IMG/VR virus record: IMGVR_UViG_3300021964_000012
Coordinates: 1 to 64,000 of that record
DNA length: 64,000 bases
Direction: 5' to 3' (one strand)
Part shown: positions 57,231-64,000 of the stretch, in pieces
How positions within the stretch are numbered: position 1 is the first letter of the stretch
Layout of the letters: every line of letters starts with the position of its first letter
Notes under the pieces: model-generated
What the model saw: the letters and a program-made list of their open reading frames with translations, nothing else
What the model was told of the DNA's origin: nothing
Database searches by the model: none
Translations under genes and position numbers: made by a program

Positions 57231-57420
57231 TGATATTGTACCTTTTTATTGTTTCAGTTGTCATAATTCCACTGCGGAAGTTTTCCACTGCGTCTTCAAC
57301 ATAATGCATACTATGGTCACTGTAATCAATTAAACCTAGTAATCTGTTGTCTTCATAAAACTCGACATAGTGCTTGTTGCCGACTTTTTTAAACTTTGTA
57401 TCTCGATTTTCTAAATACAT
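57214..57420 (-). CDS. Hypothetical protein, 68 aa
   Basis: GGAGGT SD before MYLENRDTK; start moved to 57420. Confidence 0.65.
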   Translation of the reverse strand: MYLENRDTKFKKVGNKHYVEFYEDNRLLGLIDYSDHSMHYVEDAVENFRSGIMTTETIKRYNINGKNQ

Positions 57421-57433
57421 ATTACCTCCAATA

Positions 57434-57619
57434 CAATGCAGAGTGTTGCACATGTTTAAGGACCCTCTCATGATCTAAACGGGAGGTGCTGTGTGTCACC
57501 TCCGACCAGGTCCGCCTGATATTCTAACAAGAGATCTAGGCTCCCGTACCTCTTTGCAACTAGGGGGCTGGGGACATAAGTTTTACCTTCTTGCCCACCT
57601 CTTTCCAAACCCTGCACTG
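57434..57619 (-). ncRNA. Candidate structured RNA, about 186 nt, multibranch
   Basis: GC-rich intergenic; closing helix CAGUGCAGGG/CUCUGCAUUG, helix GUUGCA/UGCAAC, hairpins GGAGGUG/CACCUCC and CAGG-CGGA-CCUG. Confidence 0.6.
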
Positions 57620-57625
57620 TAAACC

Positions 57626-57850
57626 TTAGTCTTTTCTAATGTTTTTTAACTTGTTTAGTTCGTAACTTTCACTGAGCCACCAAACCAACATTCCAAAACA
57701 TGCCGCAATGCCAAAACCTGTTACAACCTGTTGTGCTTCAAACCCATATGTATTCGCTATGTATATTAAACCACGTACGGCGGCTAAAACTACAGCAGTT
57801 GCAATTGCAATTATGGCTAGTCTTGACACAATATATTTTGTTTTTTCCAT
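57626..57850 (-). CDS. Small membrane protein
   Basis: 74 aa, two hydrophobic helices, AAGGA SD. Confidence 0.65.
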   Translation of the reverse strand: MEKTKYIVSRLAIIAIATAVVLAAVRGLIYIANTYGFEAQQVVTGFGIAACFGMLVWWLSESYELNKLKNIRKD

Positions 57851-57886
57851 TTTAAGTTCCTTTTCTGTTTTCTAACTTTATAATGT

Positions 57887-57917
57887 ATATTAACACTATA
57901 TATTGTGTCTGTCAACC
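57887..57917 (-). promoter_or_regulatory. Early promoter GGTTGACA-17-TAATAT
   Basis: -35 at 57910-57915, -10 at 57887-57892, downstream GTTAGAAA. Confidence 0.7.
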
Positions 57918-57929
57918 ACTATTTGCATA

Positions 57930-58367
57930 TTATTTGCGAAATTTTAATGTGTGTTGCTTTCCATTTCCATCAGTAAAAGTAATTGTACTGTGTGAATAAA
58001 TATCATTCTGCTGAACTTCGTTGTATCTGGTTTGATAACTACACTGTCTTTGTACACCACCTCTAGCATCACTGTTCATGTTGCCCAATAACCCACCTAG
58101 TATAGCACCAGCAGTGCCACCATCAGGCATGTTTTTGGTTACATTGTTACCAATGATACCACCAATGATTGCACCTCTTAGTGTGTCGTGTGTTCTATCA
58201 CCACCAATTGAAACATCTTGACATACTTCAACCTGATATGGTTGTTGTTTGATTATGCTTTTGTAATGGTCTCTAATTACACCATTTGTATTAGAATCAA
58301 ATGCTTGTACTGGTAATGCGACTAGTGCTAAAGCAGTACTTGCAATGGCAATGTTTAATAGTTTCAT
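57930..58367 (-). CDS. Secreted glycine-zipper 2TM protein (YcfJ-like)
   Basis: Signal peptide; GAIIGGIIGN..GAILGGLLGN. Confidence 0.75.
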   Translation of the reverse strand: MKLLNIAIASTALALVALPVQAFDSNTNGVIRDHYKSIIKQQPYQVEVCQDVSIGGDRTHDTLRGAIIGGIIGNNVTKNMPDGGTAGAILGGLLGNMNSDARGGVQRQCSYQTRYNEVQQNDIYSHSTITFTDGNGKQHTLKFRK

Positions 58368-58397
58368 GTAAATAACTCCTTATCAATTAATATACTT

Positions 58398-58427
58398 ATA
58401 ATAGCATCTATTTACAGTATGTCAACC
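58398..58427 (-). promoter_or_regulatory. Early promoter GGTTGACA-16-TATTAT
   Basis: -35 at 58420-58425, -10 at 58398-58403 with TGn. Confidence 0.75.
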
Positions 58428-58440
58428 TTTTTTTATAAAA

Positions 58441-58593
58441 TGGTAGCCGCCACCTAACCTCGCCAACTACCTTGTGCAACACAGAACGTTACACCCCGAC
58501 TCTCAGTATACCTCTCCTGAGACTTGTCAAGGCGAAAGACATAGTCGGTTCACAGCGAGGGTAACGCAATAATTGAATATACTATGTCTTTAC
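58441..58593 (-). ncRNA. Candidate structured RNA, about 150 nt, rod-like, ending ..GGCUACCA
   Basis: GC-rich intergenic; helices CCUCGCUG/UGGCGAGG, CCUUG/CAAGG, UCUCAG/CUGAGA; alternative 11-bp AAAGACAUAGU/ACUAUGUCUUU; TAAGTA at 58599-58604. Confidence 0.5.
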
Positions 58594-58604
58594 AAATTTA
58601 CTTA

Positions 58605-60473
58605 TCACCAGGTAATCTGGACACCTGCAGAAATGACATTAGTATTACCTAAGTCTGTCATTGATCTGTTTGCTTCGACTCTAAAAGTTATATTTTCATT
58701 AACTTTCTCAAGTCCGACTGCAATATCATTTACACCATCTGTGTGATGCAATACTGTGAAATCAACTGGACCTAGATCTCCTTTTAGACCTACAGTTGCA
58801 TAGCCATAGTTATCAGTATCATTTGCTACTGTTCTAAGACTTTGTACTGAACCTGTTTCTGTGTATCCACTTACTTTTTTCTTACCTTTTGTTAATCCAA
58901 CAATAGGACGAAACTTTTCATTTGTTGGGCTAAAACTTACACTGATTGAAGTATCTGTTCCATTAGTATCCGCAGTGTTTGAGAAATCACCAATAATACG
59001 TGACACATCATAGTCTGTCATTGCGTGTTTCAGGCCTATTGTAACATCACCCTGTGTGACTTTTTTGCCTACATTTACACCCAGTACATTTGTTTTAGCA
59101 GTAACAGTATCATCATTGCCTTTTAGACTAGTGCTAAATTTTGCAGCACCTAATGCTATAGCATAACCTGTGTCATTGTTTATTTTACTAGCACCCAATA
59201 CTGCACCTTTTGTAGTACCAGTTAGTCCACCACTCATTTTACTATCCATAGCAATTGCTTTTGGACCATCAAAAGTTAGGTTGCGTATTGCAGTACTTGT
59301 AACATCTTGTGCTGATGCAACCTGATCTATACGTCCTGTAAAAGGAGTAAGAGTTTCTACTGTTGTACCTGTTAGTGTGTTTGTACCATCATCATAAACA
59401 TCAAATGTACTGGTAGTTTTTTCTCTAGCAATAGTTTGTATCTTAGCAGTTTCTGATGCAGTGTGACTTGTAACACTTGATGTTGCAGTTCCTATTTTAG
59501 TTGGGCCACTTGCAGCATCTGTTGCTGATCCTTCATCATTGACATCACCCCAGTCACTAGGTGTTTCGCCTGCAGTTCCACCACCTGCACCGCCTTCGAT
59601 AGCAGTATCAGCGGCACCAAAAGCACTAGGACCAAAAATGTAAGCATATTCGGCAGTTAAAATATCACCTGCACTTACGCCTGTCCAATGCCAAGTTAAA
59701 CCAATAGTATGATCACCATTGCCATAATTTACACTATTACCATCACTATCTGTGTAAGGTGATCCTGTGTAACCGTCTGCTTCTGTTGTCCAACCATTGC
59801 TAATACCAGCATCAACATTAGAGTTTGTTGAATATAAACCTAATGCATAACGACTTGTTGTTGCCTCACTAAATGCAACGTTGCTATCAGGGATACCTGA
59901 ATAACCTAGCACGTTATCTGTAGCACTTGTATCACCTGCTTCTGGCATAGCATCTGGATCTATGAATCGTCCAAAATAAACGTCATCTGCTGCACCACCT
60001 GCAGTAATATTTGTTGTGATATCAACATATTCACTTGTAGTACCTAAACTATAGATGTTTTCTATTTCCCAACCTGTGTGTGCAGTGTTTGTACCGTTCC
60101 AAGTAAATGTATTAGTACCGTCTGTAAGTCCATCACTGTCTGTCCATGCGTTGGAACCCGAATTGTTGTTTGTGCTATTTGTTCCGTCAATTTTTAAAGC
60201 AAAGCCATCAAACGGTGATCCTGGTGTTAAGTAGTCGCCCTGCTCACTGTCTCCAGGAAATGTTCCTGAACCTGTTGAATCATACTGTAGTCCTGGTCTT
60301 GTGCCACCGCCAGAACCAAATGTACCACTAGTACCATTTACGCCTGCACGTACATAATCATTTTCAAGTATACCCATGCCTGTTACACTGGTATTCATAC
60401 TTGATGTATCCGACAACGCCGTTGTTGTCATCAATGCAGTCAAGACTGCACCGACTAATAAAGTTCTTTTCAT
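58605..60473 (-). CDS. Autotransporter/outer-membrane beta-barrel-like protein
   Basis: Signal peptide, G/T/D/S-rich passenger, alternating beta-strand C-terminal region ending in Trp. Confidence 0.6.
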   Translation of the reverse strand: MKRTLLVGAVLTALMTTTALSDTSSMNTSVTGMGILENDYVRAGVNGTSGTFGSGGGTRPGLQYDSTGSGTFPGDSEQGDYLTPGSPFDGFALKIDGTNSTNNNSGSNAWTDSDGLTDGTNTFTWNGTNTAHTGWEIENIYSLGTTSEYVDITTNITAGGAADDVYFGRFIDPDAMPEAGDTSATDNVLGYSGIPDSNVAFSEATTSRYALGLYSTNSNVDAGISNGWTTEADGYTGSPYTDSDGNSVNYGNGDHTIGLTWHWTGVSAGDILTAEYAYIFGPSAFGAADTAIEGGAGGGTAGETPSDWGDVNDEGSATDAASGPTKIGTATSSVTSHTASETAKIQTIAREKTTSTFDVYDDGTNTLTGTTVETLTPFTGRIDQVASAQDVTSTAIRNLTFDGPKAIAMDSKMSGGLTGTTKGAVLGASKINNDTGYAIALGAAKFSTSLKGNDDTVTAKTNVLGVNVGKKVTQGDVTIGLKHAMTDYDVSRIIGDFSNTADTNGTDTSISVSFSPTNEKFRPIVGLTKGKKKVSGYTETGSVQSLRTVANDTDNYGYATVGLKGDLGPVDFTVLHHTDGVNDIAVGLEKVNENITFRVEANRSMTDLGNTNVISAGVQITW

Positions 60474-60561
60474 TATTTGTTACCCTCTCTGCGAACACGA
60501 ATGCTCACATATATTTAACAGGTTAACAATTTTTTAATATTGTAATAAAATAAATATTTTT

Positions 60562-60906
60562 ATGCTAGAAAAGATAAAAAAACGTTGGCGTGAATGGCGT
60601 GATAAGTGGACTGTTGATCATACCATTGATGTAATAGTTGACATTACACTATTGCTTATAGATGTAATAATGTCACCTGTATTAATAATTGTTAGACTTG
60701 TTAGATATGTAATCGGAGATTGGATTGCAGATAAACTTAAATGGATTATTAAGGCTATAGTGCATTGGTATCAAAAACAACACCCTTTAGTGAAAAGACT
60801 AATAGTTGTATTTTTCCTTTTAGCACTTCCGTTTTTATTAATTATACTGTGGAGTTTCAGTAGTATATGGACCATGTATTGGGAAATTATTTGGGGAGAC
60901 AAATAA
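60562..60906 (+). CDS. Small membrane protein
   Basis: 114 aa, hydrophobic segments; TAAATA 5 nt before ATG. Confidence 0.65.
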   Translation: MLEKIKKRWREWRDKWTVDHTIDVIVDITLLLIDVIMSPVLIIVRLVRYVIGDWIADKLKWIIKAIVHWYQKQHPLVKRLIVVFFLLALPFLLIILWSFSSIWTMYWEIIWGDK

Positions 60907-60927
60907 GCAATCTCAAAGTGTATTTCT

Positions 60928-61884
60928 TTAATCAGGAAAGCTACTAATAGAATCTTTTTTCTTATTTGTTGCACTGATTTTTTCATTTGTATTATCTGTC
61001 GTGTGTGCTGGACAAAACTTACACTGTGGAATCACATCATCAATACCATCAATGAACTCTTTTCCTCTTTGTGCAAATTCGTGTACACTAAGTGGATGAT
61101 AGTTGTGCAGTAACTGTCTGTCTTCTTCGGTTATATCAAAATTATGTTGTAAATCAAATTCTGGAAACAACCCAACCGGACCGCATTTGTAGAGTTTTGC
61201 TCTAATAAAATGATGACATTGAAACTGTACAAAGCCACATGCATTATGTGCTTGCTGAGGATCACTTTGGAATAGTGTGAATTTTCCGTTTTCGTTTTTT
61301 TGTACGGCACTTGTATAAAACTCATCCTGTAACCAATAATGAATTTTTACATGATTGTTATCTGTTAGTGCATAGTGACTTTCGTTTGTGATTTCTCCAT
61401 TGGAGAGTTGTCTTACTCCTGAACCTTGAAGAAACTTTTTGCCTTCTTCTAAGTGTCGGTCTAGATCATTCTCGTTATGAACACTTACGCCAATCCAGTT
61501 CTTTTCCTCGTTATGGGTACCAGTGTAATTATTCAGCACATCATACAAGCCTGAAACATGATTTATTCTCACACCATTGGTGAGTATCTGTACTGGTTTA
61601 TTCCACAACCTGTTAATGCCATTTACCCAATCACATATAGTTGGATTAAGCAATGGTTCACCTCCAAGAATAGTCACTTTTTGTAGGCGTATCTTTCCTG
61701 CCCATGCGGTGTACTCTGCTTCATAGTCAGTCCATTTTTGATAACCACTAAAAGCATGATTGTTGAATCGGTTACAGTTTGAGCACGTTAAATTGCACAC
61801 ATTGGTAATATAAAATTCAATGTTAGGTACATATGTGCGAGGATCATCAGGATGTTCATCTGGAAAGTGTTTTGGGTATCTCAT
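60928..61884 (-). CDS. Radical SAM enzyme with C-terminal Cys cluster
   Basis: CNLTCSNC, ILGGEP, C..C..KC..CKFC; start MRYPK at 61884 with TAAGTA 4 nt upstream. Confidence 0.85.
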   Translation of the reverse strand: MRYPKHFPDEHPDDPRTYVPNIEFYITNVCNLTCSNCNRFNNHAFSGYQKWTDYEAEYTAWAGKIRLQKVTILGGEPLLNPTICDWVNGINRLWNKPVQILTNGVRINHVSGLYDVLNNYTGTHNEEKNWIGVSVHNENDLDRHLEEGKKFLQGSGVRQLSNGEITNESHYALTDNNHVKIHYWLQDEFYTSAVQKNENGKFTLFQSDPQQAHNACGFVQFQCHHFIRAKLYKCGPVGLFPEFDLQHNFDITEEDRQLLHNYHPLSVHEFAQRGKEFIDGIDDVIPQCKFCPAHTTDNTNEKISATNKKKDSISSFPD

Positions 61885-61902
61885 AGTGTACTTAGTAAAA
61901 AA

Positions 61903-61978
<76 letters not shown>

Positions 61979-61998
61979 ACGATTCACCTTTTTACTTA

Positions 61999-63066
61999 TT
62001 AATCGTTATTTGGATAAACTCTTTCTAAGAGTTTTGAATAAGCATTTGCAATAGTTTTTTCATTTATAGCAGGTCCTATTGTTTTATTATCAATTATACA
62101 TGTCCATACGTATGCTAGATAATTCAGTACAATTGAAGGATTTTGTCCGTACCCAATATCATATGGTAAAGCATTATGTGTGCCAACAGGATTATAAACA
62201 TTTGCCTCACATAAACGATCAACTTCTTTACCACTGAAAGTTGTAATATCATAATCTTTAAGTTGGAAGTTTGCCAGTTCTTCTACAATTGCAATCCAGC
62301 GATCAGAACAATCCATGGCCTTTCCTGCTAACATTGCTATACCAGAGCATACCTGCACATGAAAGTGTCCGCGTCCAGGTGCATCTAGTTTATCCATATA
62401 AGATAATTCATCTGCAACCATTGCAACTTGATCAAATATATCATGGACTCCTGGTGTCTGAAAGTAACTTTTGCCTCCATAAGGAGCAGAAACATTAAGT
62501 GCACCACCTATTTGTCCTTTTTTAACTTTGAAGTTAGTAAAACGATTTAACAGGTTATTGGCACGAAATGCACTTGTGATCTTATCTGCTTTGGTTTCAA
62601 CTGCATCCATACTATCAATAATACCATATAATTTACATGCTTCGTATGCATCATCTACTTCGTATACTCTAACTGATACTTGTTCTGGTATAGGAAGTGT
62701 TTTGACATTGTTATTAACCACTTGATTTTCAATGTAGTGTTTCTTCCATGCATATTGTCTAGTATTACCGTCTAGTACATATGTTGTATCTTTTCTAAAA
62801 AATGCTGGCTTACTTGTGGTTTCACCGGTATAATGAAGTAGGTCAACTTCAGCATGTTTATACATTGGAGTTACAAAACGTGTGGCGGCCCTTTTGGCAC
62901 GACGTTCAACGTCTCGGTTAGCTGGAAATGTTGGAATTTTTAAAAAATCATCAAGTTTCATAATACTAGCAAGGTCTTTAGACATTGGAAACTTTTTTAT
63001 TTCATAAGTTTTTTCTTCGTTAACGTCAAATAGGTCGTTAGTGACCAGCTCTAGATTTTTGTTCAT
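61999..63066 (-). CDS. Hypothetical protein, possible ParB/Srx-like N-terminus
   Basis: NRD..R and VLDGNTR motif; likely start MNKNLE with AAGGA SD. Confidence 0.55.
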   Translation of the reverse strand: MNKNLELVTNDLFDVNEEKTYEIKKFPMSKDLASIMKLDDFLKIPTFPANRDVERRAKRAATRFVTPMYKHAEVDLLHYTGETTSKPAFFRKDTTYVLDGNTRQYAWKKHYIENQVVNNNVKTLPIPEQVSVRVYEVDDAYEACKLYGIIDSMDAVETKADKITSAFRANNLLNRFTNFKVKKGQIGGALNVSAPYGGKSYFQTPGVHDIFDQVAMVADELSYMDKLDAPGRGHFHVQVCSGIAMLAGKAMDCSDRWIAIVEELANFQLKDYDITTFSGKEVDRLCEANVYNPVGTHNALPYDIGYGQNPSIVLNYLAYVWTCIIDNKTIGPAINEKTIANAYSKLLERVYPNND

Positions 63067-63102
63067 AGTTTTTTCCTTGTTCTCAAACAATGTTAATGTA
63101 TC

Positions 63103-63180
63103 GTTAACCGCAGTTAACTTACACTTTAGTTATTCAACCAAGATTGTCTTGGTTAAAATTCTATACACAACGTATAGAAT
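63103..63180. repeat. Three adjacent inverted repeats
   Basis: GTTAAC-cgca-GTTAAC; AACCAAGA-ttg-TCTTGGTT; ATTCTATAC-acaac-GTATAGAAT. Confidence 0.8.
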
Positions 63181-63183
63181 ACT

Positions 63184-63257
63184 TGGCAGAGGACCAAGGA
63201 GTCGAACCCTGGCTTAGTGGGTTGGAGCCACTCGTGCTACCGTAACACTTGTCCTCT
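63184..63257 (-). tRNA. tRNA-Trp(CCA)
   Basis: AGAGGAC/GTCCTCT acceptor, AGTGG-CTCCAAC-CCACT anticodon arm, GTTCGACTC, encoded CCA. Confidence 0.9.
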
Positions 63258-63263
63258 ATAATT

Positions 63264-63340
<77 letters not shown>

Positions 63341-63348
63341 GTAATTCT

Positions 63349-63432
63349 TTATACGTTTATCGCAACGTACACTAATAATGCAAAAATTCCAATGTTAATT
63401 AACATATTCACATAATGTGGATTTGGTGCCAT
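63349..63432 (-). CDS. Micro membrane protein, 27 aa
   Basis: MAPNPHYVNMLINIGIFALLVYVAINV with AGGAG SD, directly after the early promoter. Confidence 0.55.
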   Translation of the reverse strand: MAPNPHYVNMLINIGIFALLVYVAINV

Positions 63433-63454
63433 TGTATTCTCCTAATAAAAATAC

Positions 63455-63484
63455 ATTATAGCATCTTTAGAATAAAAGTCAACC
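63455..63484 (-). promoter_or_regulatory. Early promoter GGTTGACT-16-TATAAT driving the tRNA cluster
   Basis: -35 at 63477-63482, TGc-TATAAT at 63455-63460. Confidence 0.8.
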
Positions 63485-63571
63485 AAAATATATATTATAA
63501 AGTATGCCTATTGTGACTGCACATATCACACAGTTCAACAGATGAAGTGCAATGTAATCTTGTGGCTTCAT
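63479..63571 (-). CDS. Micro membrane protein, 30 aa
   Basis: MKPQDYIALHLLNCVICAVTIGILYNIYFG; GGAG upstream. Confidence 0.45.
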   Translation of the reverse strand: MKPQDYIALHLLNCVICAVTIGILYNIYFG

Positions 63572-63756
63572 AAACGTTCTCCAAGATTAGGAGTATCTTC
63601 AATACAAACATAGCCAACACCAGGCTTGGCTTTTATCTCTGCTTGAAGTGCATCCGCATAACACTCCTCCAAAGTGATATAATAATTAAGTGTTTTTCCT
63701 TCAACATTTCCTTGCAAAGAAATATACACCATTGTCAAAATGTATCCTAGTATCAT
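63568..63756 (-). CDS. Small hypothetical protein
   Basis: 62 aa, Y.T.EEC...VC pattern; ATGA coupling. Confidence 0.6.
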   Translation of the reverse strand: MILGYILTMVYISLQGNVEGKTLNYYITLEECYADALQAEIKAKPGVGYVCIEDTPNLGERL

Positions 63757-63890
63757 TTTCTATATGTCCCATCTCTGTTGAAAAATAATGCATTGAATGC
63801 ACAATAGTATATGCTGGCAAAACGTCCATACACAGGTGCTTGTTGTTTGTACCACCAAATAAAATCTTCACAAAATGTTTTATAATGCAT
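63753..63890 (-). CDS. Small hypothetical protein, 45 aa
   Basis: MHYKTFCEDFIWWY..; coupled on both sides. Confidence 0.5.
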   Translation of the reverse strand: MHYKTFCEDFIWWYKQQAPVYGRFASIYYCAFNALFFNRDGTYRK

Positions 63891-64000
63891 TAGCCAAGTA
63901 TTGTTTTTTGTTCTTTAAGATTTTTTTGCAACTTTTCTTTAAAAAGTTGATTTCTAAAATTTGGTGTGATTGTAAGCAGAGCTTGTTTTAAATTAGGTTC
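63890..64000 (-). CDS. 3' end of an ORF entering from beyond the window
   Basis: Open frame EPNLKQ..KTILG-stop. Confidence 0.45.
   Translation of the reverse strand, partial: EPNLKQALLTITPNFRNQLFKEKLQKNLKEQKTILG

Noticed and set aside
57434-57619. Assignment to 6S, SRP, RNase P, tmRNA, cobalamin or SAM-I riboswitch
   Set aside because: Size fits 6S but the fold is multibranched; diagnostic motifs (GGAAGGAAGCAG, GAGGAAAGUCC, tag ORF, B12 box) not found by eye
58535-58550. AAGACATAGTCGG resembles the group I intron S (J8/7-P7) element
   Set aside because: No convincing P/Q/R elements or P4-P6 domain, no interrupted gene, wrong strand relative to neighbours; explained by a simple 11-bp inverted repeat
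61999-63090. Homing endonuclease in the tRNA cluster
   Set aside because: No HNH, GIY-YIG or LAGLIDADG motif recognised

Overview
AT-rich segment of a large T4-like (jumbo) myophage genome; a marine or alphaproteobacterial-type host is a guess. 1-21.8 kb (+): baseplate and tail genes (gp5-like hub cut by the window edge, gp25-like, gp6-like, a 4490-aa giant, a tail fibre with an autocleaving chaperone). 22.1-48.3 kb: a compact 26-kb sugar-tailoring locus with GT8/GT-A-like transferases, four TEK-motif (GT10-like) paralogs, five radical SAM enzymes carrying an N-terminal SPASM/twitch module, two epimerases, DegT aminotransferase, amidinotransferase, NodU/CmcH carbamoyltransferase, FkbM methylase and a 2OG-Fe(II) oxygenase. 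It also carries its own SAM and Fe-S support genes (metK, MTA/SAH nucleosidase, SufT-like). 48-64 kb (mostly -): thyX, a MoxR ATPase/VWA-peptidase pair, Smr nuclease, RNAP omega-like protein, secreted and outer-membrane proteins, two GC-rich structured intergenic RNA candidates, a sixth radical SAM gene and three tRNAs. Two promoter classes are visible: GGTTGAC-N16/17-extended -10 (early) and TAANTA placed 4-5 nt before ATG (late, probably leaderless). All protein calls come from motif recognition by eye; no database search or folding program was run.
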